The position numbers and the translations under genes are program-made. This document shows, piece after piece, positions 1 through 13,784 of a DNA stretch of 64,000 nucleotides. The notes under the pieces were generated by a model. It was not told the origin of the DNA and did not search any database. It saw nothing but the letters and a program-made list of their open reading frames with translations. Within the stretch, counting starts at the first letter, position 1; each line of letters begins with the position of its first letter. This stretch comes from a virus (taxonomy: Duplodnaviria; Caudoviricetes): the IMG/VR virus record IMGVR_UViG_3300045580_000473, positions 32,001 to 96,000 of that record. The stretch is one strand, 5' to 3'.

Positions 1-236
1 GTTTGTGTTGGATTCGCTACAAGATATGAAGACCAAATCCAAATACTACCGGACAGCGTAGGGCCGTTATCCGCCGTCCAAAAAGGGCTGCCGTCAAACG
101 TCGGTACGCCGTTGCTACCAAACCCGCTGCGAACATATGCCGTGTATTCCGGGCAATCACAGCAGCAACTTTGAGCCGCGGCTAAACCGCCTGACCGAAC
201 AAGCAGTTTTCCGTTGTACAGATAAAGCGGGCTCAT
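1..236 (-). CDS. Partial Cys-rich putative tail/virion protein (runs off the window)
   Basis: ATG at 236, open to position 1: MSPLYLYNGKLLVRSGGLAAAQSCCCDCPEY...; directly follows the collagen fibre gene. Not in the ORF track. Confidence 0.6.
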   Translation of the reverse strand, partial: MSPLYLYNGKLLVRSGGLAAAQSCCCDCPEYTAYVRSGFGSNGVPTFDGSPFWTADNGPTLSGSIWIWSSYLVANPTQ

Positions 237-242
237 ATTCGC

Positions 243-2516
<2,274 letters not shown>

Positions 2517-2561
2517 AGACTGTTCTCGCGGCAGGGGCGTGCATCATAAAAATAGCATAAT

Positions 2562-2984
2562 TTAGCCGCTAACACTACTGACCGCCGAAGCGGTAAGCGA
2601 GAACGGGGCGGGCATAAAATCGCGTAATTTAAAAACGCCTATACCGTCCAGCAAAATCACAGTACTGTCGTTAGCAAATTCGGCGATAACTTGTAAACAC
2701 GCTCCGCAAGGCCGGAAACAACGAATAATTTTGTCGTCTTTATCGCAACAGGCAATAGCGATCACGTTCAATTTTCTTTGCCCCGCGGAGACGCCAGAAA
2801 AAATAGCCGCCCGTTCGGCACAGATAGTGAGCCCGTATGACGCGTTCTCAACATTGGTGCCGCAATATGGCGTTAAAAACCCTCCGTCGAAAATAACCGC
2901 ACACCCGATTTTGTAACCGGAGTAAGGGGCGTAGGCATTTCTAGCCGCCGCACGGGCCGTTAAAACAAGGCCGTCAGTTGTCAT
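2562..2984 (-). CDS. cdd: Cytidine deaminase (three-Cys, homotetrameric type)
   Basis: AYAPYS, NVENASYGLTICAERAA and PCGACLQ zinc motifs. Confidence 0.93.
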   Translation of the reverse strand: MTTDGLVLTARAAARNAYAPYSGYKIGCAVIFDGGFLTPYCGTNVENASYGLTICAERAAIFSGVSAGQRKLNVIAIACCDKDDKIIRCFRPCGACLQVIAEFANDSTVILLDGIGVFKLRDFMPAPFSLTASAVSSVSG

Positions 2985-3124
2985 GTTGATTTGATAAACA
3001 TTCCAAGATTGCTAACGGCGTAACCAAAAAAGGCGATACCCAAGCCGGTATCGCCTTTTCTGTACTGCTCAAAAGCGACGCAAAGATACATCGCCGAAAC
3101 CAACAGTATCATTCCTCCACTCAT
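2981..3124 (-). CDS. Small two-TM membrane protein
   Basis: GAGG RBS before ATG 3124; two hydrophobic segments. Confidence 0.6.
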   Translation of the reverse strand: MSGGMILLVSAMYLCVAFEQYRKGDTGLGIAFFGYAVSNLGMFIKST

Positions 3125-3131
3125 GCTATCC

Positions 3132-3626
3132 TCAGAGTGTAGCGGCTGTAATAAATCCAGCGTCAACCTGTTCTTCTGTCAGCCACAGTGCCGCGGCAAA
3201 CGTAGCAATCATAGGATGTGACCGCTCGACATACGGAGCGTAATCCCACTCTACCCGCGTGTACTCGCGTTGCATTTGGTCGGGAAGGTTGTCGATTAAA
3301 GCGTCAATTTGAGCCAATGACACGCCGTTCGAGATAAGCCACAGTCTGATCTGGCGGGCGGACACAGAAGCCGGCACAACAGGCGTCGGCAGTGGGCCGC
3401 ACTCGACTACAGACCAATCTGTGTCATCGCGGCAGACTTTTGTCCAACCGCTAAAAAATTGCTCGGCGGCGATATAGTTGTTCACGCCGTTGAAAACATG
3501 CGTCGCGACGGGTTCAACGCTATTTAAAAAATCAGCCCACGAGCCATAAAGAGCAAAAACAGTGCTTGCGTCGTTTATCATCACCGGCACCGCGACAGAC
3601 TCATCGCTATTTACAAAAGTGATCAT
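3132..3626 (-). CDS. Tail-fibre-associated hypothetical protein (possible assembly chaperone)
   Basis: VPASVSARQIRLWL...EWDYA..VERSHP..LTEEQVD.F motif, as seen in phage fibre-adjacent genes. Confidence 0.55.
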   Translation of the reverse strand: MITFVNSDESVAVPVMINDASTVFALYGSWADFLNSVEPVATHVFNGVNNYIAAEQFFSGWTKVCRDDTDWSVVECGPLPTPVVPASVSARQIRLWLISNGVSLAQIDALIDNLPDQMQREYTRVEWDYAPYVERSHPMIATFAAALWLTEEQVDAGFITAATL

Positions 3627-3638
3627 TTAATTATACTC

Positions 3639-4471
3639 CTACAATTTGTTGAAATACGCGGATAAAGAAACATTGATATTAAACCCTCCGCCGCCACCGT
3701 AAATTCGGGCCGTGGTGCTGTTCGCCGGAACACAAAATACACGCCCATCCGGGAGTAGCACTCCGCCGTAAAAAGCCCCGGTCCCCGGATACGTTCCAGA
3801 GGGTGTAGTCAGGGTGTCGGTAGCTGGGTTATAGATTCGGGCCGTGGTGCTGTTCGCCGGAACACAAAATACACGCCCATCCGGGAGTAGCACTCCGCCG
3901 ATAAAAGCACTGCCCCCCGGATACGTTCCAGAAGGTGTAGTCACGGTGTCGGTAGCTGGGTTATAGATTCGGGCCGTGGTGGAGTTATACGGAACACAAA
4001 ATACACGACCATCCGGGAGTAGCACACCGCCGACAAACGGAACACCGCCCCCCGGATAAGTTCCAGCGGGTGTAGTCAAGGTGTCGGTAGCTGGGTTATA
4101 GATTCGGGCCGTGGTGCTGTTCGCCGGAACACAAAATACACGACCATCATGTAGTAGTACACCCCCGTAAAACTGAATCGTGCTCCCCGGATAAGTTCCA
4201 GAAGGTGTAGTCACGGTGTCGGTAGCTGGGTTATAGATTCGGGCCGTAGTGCCGCTCGCCGGAACACAAAATACACGACCATCCGGGAGTAGCACTCCGG
4301 TACGGAGAACACTGCCCCCCGGATACGTTCCAGAGGGTGTAGTCACGGTGTCGGCAACACTGCGTGAAACAATTGTCTGCTGAATACTGGCTTGATAATC
4401 GGGCCAGTAGTCTGAGCCGACGAGCCGCCAGTCAGGTTCGGGGGGTAAGGCCCGCGTGCGAACGATCCACA

Positions 4472-4472
<1 letters not shown>
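3639..4472 (-). CDS. Tandem-repeat beta-propeller (Kelch-like) protein, putative receptor-binding protein
   Basis: Five 44-45 aa repeats GGVLLPDGRVFCVPxNSTTARIYNPATDTxTTPSGTYPG. Confidence 0.75.
3700..4355. repeat. Five near-identical 132-135 bp coding tandem repeats
   Basis: GGAACACAAAATACACG recurs at 3727, 3859, 3991, 4126 and 4261. Confidence 0.95.
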
Positions 4473-6544
<2,072 letters not shown>

Positions 6545-6856
6545 TCACCGTTTATAGTCGTTAATGTCATCATCTTCTTCTTCGTAGTGATGACGCGTTT
6601 TATGTTTTTTGTCTGAGTGTTTTACACCCTCTACAATGTCGGCCGCTCGCTGAAGCCACTTCGCCAATTTACGGGCGTCAAGGGCTGTTAGCATTGGAGC
6701 CTGATCGCCAAATGTGTCGAAAACTATACCGCTTTCTACGTGGTCTCCTGCGTCCCAGTCGCCGGCCTGTATGCTCAGAGTTGGTGCGTCTTTGGTGCCG
6801 TTTTCAGCGTTTACAAAACGAATCGAAATCGGCGTATTTTCTACAAGCGTCGCCAC
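6545..6856 (-). CDS. Hypothetical protein
   Basis: AGGAG RBS, GTG start, operon-packed. Confidence 0.65.
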   Translation of the reverse strand: MATLVENTPISIRFVNAENGTKDAPTLSIQAGDWDAGDHVESGIVFDTFGDQAPMLTALDARKLAKWLQRAADIVEGVKHSDKKHKTRHHYEEEDDDINDYKR

Positions 6857-6864
6857 GGGACGTT

Positions 6865-7128
6865 TTACTCCTTTAAATCGTCAAGAATGACGGGGGTGTG
6901 TTCGGCGGCCCACGTGCCGACGAATTTGCTCAAAAAATATTCTTCAACGTCTTCTGCGGACAAACCATCGGCCAGAAGCTTTTCATAGATTTTTGTCTTG
7001 CTATAAACAGCCACCGGGTCTTTGTGACCAATATAGCCGACGCCAACCAAAGCCGAGGTCATATTGTCGAATAAATAAGCGTCTGGGTTCAGATCACCTA
7101 ATTGATCAAGCACGCTTTGTGTGTCCAT
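6865..7128 (-). CDS. Hypothetical phage protein
   Basis: Operon-packed ORF, 87 aa. Confidence 0.7.
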   Translation of the reverse strand: MDTQSVLDQLGDLNPDAYLFDNMTSALVGVGYIGHKDPVAVYSKTKIYEKLLADGLSAEDVEEYFLSKFVGTWAAEHTPVILDDLKE

Positions 7129-7129
7129 G

Positions 7130-7636
7130 TTACGCCTCGCTGTCCATGTCTTCGAGGAACATTACGGCGACCTCACTCGCTCGCCGATAGCCCTCTCGTA
7201 CACCGCGTTGATAATCAACCGACCCGGGCGACGCTGGTCGCTCGGTTAAGTCCGCGATTACCGAAAGCCCAGCCATCATTTTATTGCGAAGCTGACGGTA
7301 TTCAAAAGAGCTACGAATAACCTCCACCCCGATTCCTGCCACCGCGTTATCCATCTGCGGCGAGATTTCAGGCTTGAGGCCCAGTTCCTGCAGCAATTTA
7401 GTGCAGTGAACAAGCGTCGCGTGGTCTTCGAAAGTCGTCGTCGCGTTAGGGACGTATTTCTGCCCCAACGCGTGCAGCATGAAGCAGATTTTACGGAGAG
7501 CCTTATTTGCCGTCAGATTATCGGGGCTGACGAGGAGTTGCTGCTCTCGCTTTTTTGCCTCTGATTTAGAGACAAAAATAACGTGCTCACGCTCTTGTTT
7601 TTGCGTGGCGTATTCTGGGGCGACCATGACTGCCAT
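7130..7636 (-). CDS. Hypothetical protein
   Basis: Likely start ATG 7636 (MAVMVAPEY). Confidence 0.65.
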   Translation of the reverse strand: MAVMVAPEYATQKQEREHVIFVSKSEAKKREQQLLVSPDNLTANKALRKICFMLHALGQKYVPNATTTFEDHATLVHCTKLLQELGLKPEISPQMDNAVAGIGVEVIRSSFEYRQLRNKMMAGLSVIADLTERPASPGSVDYQRGVREGYRRASEVAVMFLEDMDSEA

Positions 7637-8279
7637 TTTTTGAATCCCTTCGTTTTGGCATATAAGAATCGGACCGATCCAACGCCGCAGTGACAATATC
7701 CATTATCTGCTGGTGTGTGGTTTGAGCCGCCGCGGTCGCGGAGACTATGTGCGTGGTCGCGGCGTACCCAAATTCGCCGGGGGCGGCAAAAAACTTATAC
7801 GCGTCACGCATCTTTTTTCGATCCGCCATGCATCGCCGCTCGTACCGATCGCGAGGCGTCCCCATTCTCTTTTTGGCCTCGGTCGGGGGGATGTCCAGCA
7901 AAAAACAAATGTCGGGCTCGATGGCCGCGGTCTCGTCAAAAATTCTGACGATTAAATCCGGGTCGATCTTGTTCAGGACGCCTTGGTACACGAGTGTGGA
8001 AAGCAACCACCGATCGCAGATGATGACGTGCGTCTTCATCTTTTTGCTCATGTAGGCGGCAAGTTCGGCTCTGGCGGCAGAGAACAAGAGCATCTGAGCC
8101 ATCGGCGTAATCGGCCCATCGTTATTGAGCAAAATCTGCCGAATAGCCGTGCCTATCTGCGTTGTGCCGGGGTCTGCTACCAGTTCTGCTTTGACGCCCT
8201 TTTCTTTAAGCGACTGAAAAAGCATTCGGGCCTGTGTTGTCTTACCCGCTCCGTCGATCCCCTCAAAACAGATAAACAC
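7587..8279 (-). CDS. tmk: Thymidylate kinase
   Basis: FICFEGIDGAGKTTQ P-loop, LLFSAARA, IICDRW..S..YQG, PDICFLLD. Confidence 0.95.
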   Translation of the reverse strand: MFICFEGIDGAGKTTQARMLFQSLKEKGVKAELVADPGTTQIGTAIRQILLNNDGPITPMAQMLLFSAARAELAAYMSKKMKTHVIICDRWLLSTLVYQGVLNKIDPDLIVRIFDETAAIEPDICFLLDIPPTEAKKRMGTPRDRYERRCMADRKKMRDAYKFFAAPGEFGYAATTHIVSATAAAQTTHQQIMDIVTAALDRSDSYMPKRRDSKNGSHGRPRIRHAKTRA

Positions 8280-8291
8280 AATTACCCTTTC

Positions 8292-8621
8292 TTAAGAATT
8301 GCCCACGATCCGAATAGACGAATCTTGAATTGCCCCGGCTGACCGTACGCTACCGCCATTATTCCCTGTGATAGAAAATGCCGGCATGTTCGCGACCGTT
8401 ACTTCAGATGACGGAGCCTCGGTTAAAAGATATTCGCTGCCGTCTGCAAATCGTAACGACACGCCATTTGTTGTATGCCCCACGCCAACAAGACAGGCGT
8501 CGTCGAGCCATTTCGTAGCATATTCGCAAAATACCTGCAAGACCTCGGCGGCACACGAGTCGTGCGAGTTGGCGTTCTGGTAGTCACTCAGAATCTTTGC
8601 GAACATTTCGTTTACCGGCAT
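8292..8621 (-). CDS. Hypothetical protein
   Basis: AGGAGG RBS, 109 aa. Confidence 0.65.
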   Translation of the reverse strand: MPVNEMFAKILSDYQNANSHDSCAAEVLQVFCEYATKWLDDACLVGVGHTTNGVSLRFADGSEYLLTEAPSSEVTVANMPAFSITGNNGGSVRSAGAIQDSSIRIVGNS

Positions 8622-9351
8622 ACCGCACCTCCTGTTTTGGCTCTTTGGCTTTTTTCTTTTGCTTATTAGCTGCCGCCACAGATTCTCGCAGCGTTTTGGT
8701 GCTCTGCAAGACCAGCTTGTCCATTTTGACTTTTTGTTTGCAGGCTTTGATTTTCTGACTCACCTCAGAAAGAAGGTTCCGTGCCGCGTGGGTAAACATT
8801 CTGAGCACGTAATACTTGTTCGCGGCGTGTACGGCAAGCAGATCGCCGTCGAGTTGGGCGAGTATCTTTTTTGACTTCGGAACGACACCTATGCCCACGA
8901 CTTCGATCGCCTGCATCAACGCGTGGGCGGTGCAAATAATATCGGCGACCGCGACGATCTGAGCCCCAACCGGACTTTGGCTTAACCGGCCGCGGAACTC
9001 CATATCCCGCTTTGTTTCGACCAGCCGGTAATCGCGGCTAATCGCGGCTACCATGGCGGCGATCTGGACGTTCGTGACCTCGGCAATGTTTTCAAACGCA
9101 CACGAACTGACGTTTAAGACATCGTGCAAGATGCTGCAATGCACAATAGCAATGACGCCGTCTTTCGTCTCGTCAGGCATGTAGTCCGCCCGCATATCCT
9201 GATACAGACGCGTGGCAATCTTTTCAGCCTGCCGGGCCACTTGCTTCGCGTGAGCGAGCAGGTTATCGCCAGCGTTGGTGGTCTTGGCCGCGTAGCACTG
9301 CGTAGCAAACTGCAGGGTTTTTTCCAGCGATAACTCGTCCAGTTTTTTCAT
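8584..9351 (-). CDS. HD-domain hydrolase, divergent RelA/SpoT-hydrolase (Mesh1)-like
   Basis: LLAHAKQVA...ILHDVL...AQIVAVAD pattern; GGAGG RBS before ATG 9351. Confidence 0.65.
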   Translation of the reverse strand: MKKLDELSLEKTLQFATQCYAAKTTNAGDNLLAHAKQVARQAEKIATRLYQDMRADYMPDETKDGVIAIVHCSILHDVLNVSSCAFENIAEVTNVQIAAMVAAISRDYRLVETKRDMEFRGRLSQSPVGAQIVAVADIICTAHALMQAIEVVGIGVVPKSKKILAQLDGDLLAVHAANKYYVLRMFTHAARNLLSEVSQKIKACKQKVKMDKLVLQSTKTLRESVAAANKQKKKAKEPKQEVRYAGKRNVRKDSE

Positions 9352-9375
9352 GGGTGCCTCCGTGCACCACAACTT

Positions 9376-10416
9376 TCAAACCAGCCGCAGAATCGACTGC
9401 CATCCTAGCTCGAATGACTTGCGGCGGGAGTTCAGGTTGTAGTTGATTTTTTTGTTCATATTGTCGATATGCCATGGCTCAGCAAGCAGCGTCTGTAACG
9501 CGTCCGCAAATCGCTCGTAGTCTGGGGCTGCGTGCGGAACGCCGTTTTCGTCAAAGTCTATTTTTGTCTTGACCAGCACGCCGTTCGCGTCAGGATATAC
9601 GAAGTCGGTCTGGGGCGATACAGCAAAAGTGATCACCGGCGTGCCACAGTTAATCGACATTAAGTTGCACGCCCCGAAATTGTCGCACTCGGCTGGAAAT
9701 ACCGTGAGGTCGTGGGCGGCGAATAAGGCCGGCCGGTCTGGCGGCTTGACGCCACGGATGAGTTGAACCCGCCCCGTCCGATCCCCGAGCCGCTGAAAAA
9801 ACTTGGCAATTGCCGGGGAAAACTTGCTCGACGAGATACAAACAGTTAAATAAGCCTCGGGGATATGCGTGAGCAAATACGCAAGATGGTCAAGAAAAAT
9901 GCTCTGCGTGCAGCGGGCGTTTCTGTCAAACCACGGTAAAAGCAATTTAATCTTGCGGTGGTTAATGCTGCCGTCTTTTTTCATAACGGGCAGCCCGGTA
10001 TCGAACGGAACCAGTGTCACGTTTCGAAACTTGTATACACCGTGAAAAAGCTCGCGGCACTCGGTCGACAGGGCGACGATGTGGTCGGCGTGCTTCGCGG
10101 CTTTGCGAAACGGCGGGTTAAGCTCCTGCCACATGGGCACAAGCACGGTCAGAATATTGTGCCGCTTGGCGTAGTTTAGCTGTTCGATTCGCGGAATGTG
10201 GGTCCACACAATCGCTGTTTTATCTTTAATCCAGCTTGTGAATTTTGACCGATTTTTGTAGATAACGCGATTGTCGTACCGCGATTTCAGCTTTGCCGGC
10301 TGATTATCGGCGTAAATAGAGAAGTCCACGCCGCGGTTCTGCAGGAAATCAGCCAGACGCAGGGCAAAGTATGTTTGGTCGCACTGGGCGTAGTGCGTGT
10401 AAATGCCGATACTCAT
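9376..10416 (-). CDS. Glycosyltransferase, GT-B fold (GT4-like)
   Basis: ADHIVALS; DLTVFPAECDNFG..LMSINCGTPVI..DFV..NGVLV C-terminal GT4-type signature. Confidence 0.75.
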   Translation of the reverse strand: MSIGIYTHYAQCDQTYFALRLADFLQNRGVDFSIYADNQPAKLKSRYDNRVIYKNRSKFTSWIKDKTAIVWTHIPRIEQLNYAKRHNILTVLVPMWQELNPPFRKAAKHADHIVALSTECRELFHGVYKFRNVTLVPFDTGLPVMKKDGSINHRKIKLLLPWFDRNARCTQSIFLDHLAYLLTHIPEAYLTVCISSSKFSPAIAKFFQRLGDRTGRVQLIRGVKPPDRPALFAAHDLTVFPAECDNFGACNLMSINCGTPVITFAVSPQTDFVYPDANGVLVKTKIDFDENGVPHAAPDYERFADALQTLLAEPWHIDNMNKKINYNLNSRRKSFELGWQSILRLV

Positions 10417-10418
10417 TA

Positions 10419-12350
10419 CTACATACCAGCGGGTGCGGGTTGTCCGTATTGCTGGGCCATAACCATGGCCCCGCCTTGCGAGCGAGCCTGCTGCCGAATG
10501 TCGTCAATGATGCTTGTAACCAACGCGTGCATCGTCGCGTCGCCGCGTTTGAGCTTGATAAGCTCCGAGTCTTTCTGCGTCTCAGGCAGCGACAGAAGCT
10601 GATTGGCGATAAGCTGAGCCTGCTGCTGGAGGTCTTCCGGCGTGCGGGGAATACTGCCAGAGTTGTGCCGCTGCATAAGGAACTGGTCGACAGCGGTCGG
10701 TTGGCCCGGCCCAGCGGGTGCTCCCGGAGCCGCGGGTGCTGGAGCCCCGCCCGGAGCCGGCATACCAGTCGCTCCAGCACCGGCTTGCCCCATGCCGCCC
10801 ATCATGTCGACAGACTGCGACAGGTCTTTCATCTGCTGAGCCTGCTCCATCTCCTTCTGCATCCGCTCTTGCTCTTCGGCGTAAATACGCTCCTCTTCGA
10901 GCATTCGCTTTGTCTCGTCCTCGTAATCAAGGCCGACGCTGCCGAGACCCGTGGTTTTGCTGATCATCTGACCCTGCATCAATTGCAGCTTGGCCATCTG
11001 GCGGTTGAGATCGTCGGCGTGTGTGACGCGTACAAGCTTGGCACCGACAGGTTCCCAAGACATGACCTTGGCGACATGACCAGCGAGGTCAGTCAAAAAC
11101 CGATTCATGTTGTGCGGTAAGTGACTCCAGTTGGCCTCAAACAACCGGAGGGCTGCCGGGGCCGCTTGGAACGACAGGGTGCCGTTAAACAGTTCGACCG
11201 GCATGCCGATGCACTTGAGCAGTGTTTCAAGACCTTGGTCGAGCAGGTCTCTTGGGGCAAGCTGGGACGCGTCGCCGCCAAGAGACTGATAGTTCACAGG
11301 GAACGGCAGCACGTTCCAGCGGGCCGGATCGGTGCGGCGGGCTCGGAGCATCGCCTGCACCCGGGCAGTGAAATTAGACAAATTAATCGTGTGCACGGGG
11401 TCGGCAGACTGGGCGTCGCCGCCGCGGGGTGCCGGCGTAATCACCCGGAACGGAATCACGTAGTCCAGAGCAATCGCTTCGTTGTAGCGATGCATAATCT
11501 GGTAGTACCACGCCTGACGGAAGTTGGTCAGGACGCGAGAGATGCCCCAGCCGCGGTTTCGCATGCCTGCAAGAGCGTCTTCCTTCAAGTGATAAATCAC
11601 GCCCTTGTCGAACATCAGGTTCTGTTCGTTCTTGATGGCCTGAATGACTTCCCAACTGGCACGCTCAAGATGGTGCAGGTGGCCCTGCTTGATCAGAGCC
11701 CGGTAGTCCTGCGGAATCTTCCAGACGTACGAGCACTCGTCGGTATACGGGTCCCAGAGAATGTCGATCTCGTGCGGGCTCCACCGCTTTACGTGCATGC
11801 TGTCGGTGTCACCTGATCGCCGGTCGATGTGTCGCCACTCGCCGGTTGTCTTGCACTTCGGGCACGTGGCGTGAAACTGAAAATCCTGCCACTTAAACGC
11901 ACACTGCTCTGAGTTGTAGACCTTGTCGAGCGGCATTTCGAGGCCGCAGGTCTTGCACGACAGATAGCGGCGGAACGGGACGAGCAGGCTGGTAAATGAG
12001 TTACCGTAGGACATGTAGTCCAACCCGATCGTGTGCAGAACGTTCTTAATACTGAGCGTGTCTTCGAGAAAGACCTGAAACTTTTCTTTCTCTTCTCGCC
12101 CAGTCGTGTTCTCGCCGATGTCGTAGACTTCGACGTCGGTAATGAAGTACGACACCACGCGGTCGATCGCCTGCCGGTACGGACCGTTGGCGTTCATAAC
12201 GTACTCAGTCCAGCGTAAAGCTGTCTGAATACTCTCGGGCATCGACAGGCTGGCAATGTCGCAGAACGGGTCTGGGAAACGTTCGTCAGACTGAACGCCC
12301 TTACCCAGCGAGTTGTAGCCCAGTTGTGAAGAAGGAGTAAGGGACACCAC
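10419..12350 (-). CDS. Putative portal protein with Zn-ribbon insertion
   Basis: 643 aa; DYMSYGNSF, GISRVL..YNEAIALDY..P.RVI portal-like layout; CKTC/CPKC pair; Q/P/A/G-rich tail. Confidence 0.6.
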   Translation of the reverse strand: MVSLTPSSQLGYNSLGKGVQSDERFPDPFCDIASLSMPESIQTALRWTEYVMNANGPYRQAIDRVVSYFITDVEVYDIGENTTGREEKEKFQVFLEDTLSIKNVLHTIGLDYMSYGNSFTSLLVPFRRYLSCKTCGLEMPLDKVYNSEQCAFKWQDFQFHATCPKCKTTGEWRHIDRRSGDTDSMHVKRWSPHEIDILWDPYTDECSYVWKIPQDYRALIKQGHLHHLERASWEVIQAIKNEQNLMFDKGVIYHLKEDALAGMRNRGWGISRVLTNFRQAWYYQIMHRYNEAIALDYVIPFRVITPAPRGGDAQSADPVHTINLSNFTARVQAMLRARRTDPARWNVLPFPVNYQSLGGDASQLAPRDLLDQGLETLLKCIGMPVELFNGTLSFQAAPAALRLFEANWSHLPHNMNRFLTDLAGHVAKVMSWEPVGAKLVRVTHADDLNRQMAKLQLMQGQMISKTTGLGSVGLDYEDETKRMLEEERIYAEEQERMQKEMEQAQQMKDLSQSVDMMGGMGQAGAGATGMPAPGGAPAPAAPGAPAGPGQPTAVDQFLMQRHNSGSIPRTPEDLQQQAQLIANQLLSLPETQKDSELIKLKRGDATMHALVTSIIDDIRQQARSQGGAMVMAQQYGQPAPAGM

Positions 12351-12358
12351 GCACCCCG

Positions 12359-12517
12359 TTAATTAGCGGCGTTTTGGGCTGTTTCGGCGGCACGCTTGCG
12401 GAAATCATTGTCCAACTCAGCGACCGTGGGCTTTTTGTCGTGATTATCGGCGGCTGTTTTTTCCGGCTCGTGCTCCGGGTTTGTTACATCCGACCTGATC
12501 ACACCTTGCTTTTCCAT
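12359..12517 (-). CDS. Small hypothetical protein (52 aa)
   Basis: ATG 12517 immediately after the stop of the upstream gene. Confidence 0.55.
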   Translation of the reverse strand: MEKQGVIRSDVTNPEHEPEKTAADNHDKKPTVAELDNDFRKRAAETAQNAAN

Positions 12518-12521
12518 AAGC

Positions 12522-13451
12522 TCACATTCCGGTGGACATGACAGCCCGCTCGACCAGTAAAACGCAGTACTCGCGGTTATCATAAACATACTGAAAACCC
12601 GTCGTATGCACAAGATACAGTTTAGAGTCCTCGTTGATCTGGGCCGCCCACGGACGCTGATACGGGTCGTTTGCCGGCGGGAACCAACGAGCCGCATTTT
12701 GCTCAAAACGGAGATCGTAAATTAACACCATGAAACCGCTCTCTTCGAGCGAGTCATCGTTAATGGGCGAGGTTGACACGATAATGTCATGAAAAAACGC
12801 GGGAACGGTGCCGATGCCCTCTTTTTCAAAATAGACAAGCTTTTGTGGCGGACCACAGCGGACATTACTCGTCGCGGCTGTGCCAGCCACCTGCGTAGCA
12901 GGCGACTTCTTTTTTAAGCCAAACGCGGCCATGGGGCTGTAGCTTCGGTCGATCTTTTCTAGAGGTAACGCCGCAGGCACAGGAGGCGGCGTGATACGCC
13001 GGTTCATTTCCTCCTCCAGTTCCTCGACGATTTCTACTTCATCGTACTCTTCTTCCACGGCCTTTGGGGCCGGATTTGACCGGCGAACAGGAGTTTTCTG
13101 CACGCCAGACTTATTCATTTTTGCCAGTTCCTCAAATACCATGGCGGCTCGCTCCCTGATTGTGTCGATGTCGTCCCCGGGCAGTTGCTGCTCCGCAGCA
13201 GAGATTGCCGCGTTGACCCGGTCCTGTGTCATCTGGTCAAACCCAAGCGAATTAACGTTTTTACCTTCTGGGTCAATAATGTTAATTCGCACTTTCGACA
13301 TATCGTGCGGGTCGTAGTTGACCGGAGTGCCGCCGGCGGTCGCCTTTCCGACGACAACACCGCGGAGCCCGTATGGCCCGCGGCGAATGGCGTCGGCCAT
13401 TGTGCGGCCACTCTCCAGTTGCACCTGTGCCGGGTCCTGATATGTCGGCAT
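12522..13451 (-). CDS. Hypothetical protein
   Basis: GAGG RBS, 309 aa, acidic central region. Confidence 0.75.
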   Translation of the reverse strand: MPTYQDPAQVQLESGRTMADAIRRGPYGLRGVVVGKATAGGTPVNYDPHDMSKVRINIIDPEGKNVNSLGFDQMTQDRVNAAISAAEQQLPGDDIDTIRERAAMVFEELAKMNKSGVQKTPVRRSNPAPKAVEEEYDEVEIVEELEEEMNRRITPPPVPAALPLEKIDRSYSPMAAFGLKKKSPATQVAGTAATSNVRCGPPQKLVYFEKEGIGTVPAFFHDIIVSTSPINDDSLEESGFMVLIYDLRFEQNAARWFPPANDPYQRPWAAQINEDSKLYLVHTTGFQYVYDNREYCVLLVERAVMSTGM

Positions 13452-13468
13452 AAAAACCTCTGATAGCT

Positions 13469-13504
13469 AAAAAAAGGGGGGAGTGCTACATAGCACTTCC
13501 CCCC
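13469..13504 (-). terminator. Intrinsic terminator
   Basis: Minus strand GGGGGGAAGTGCTA-TG-TAGCACTCCCCCC followed by a T-run. Confidence 0.8.
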
Positions 13505-13779
13505 AGAAAATCCTTCGGGCCGAGGGCGTCGCAAACGCTGTATAACAGATTCCGGGGAATCTGGAAATACAACCTGCCGAGTGGAATGCCGCTACCGCAA
13601 GCCGTCACGACGTGCTCTGCGGTCGGTATCACTTCAGCGACGACCCCGCCGGAAAGAAGGTGGGCCACCACCAAACCTGATGTTTCGTCTTCTGGGAAGA
13701 CGGGGAGTATGTGCGGCTCGACGTCGTGGTCGAGCAGCCAATTTAACACTGGTTTATCAGGTTTGAGGAAGAATCGCAT
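13486..13779 (-). CDS. Hypothetical protein
   Basis: Operon-packed ORF, 97 aa. Confidence 0.65.
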   Translation of the reverse strand: MRFFLKPDKPVLNWLLDHDVEPHILPVFPEDETSGLVVAHLLSGGVVAEVIPTAEHVVTACGSGIPLGRLYFQIPRNLLYSVCDALGPKDFLGGSAM

Positions 13780-13784
13780 CGTGT

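Noticed and set aside
3700-4355. Regular repeats with variable segments as a CRISPR or TIGR array
   Set aside because: Units are 132-135 bp, in frame, and fully inside a protein-coding gene.
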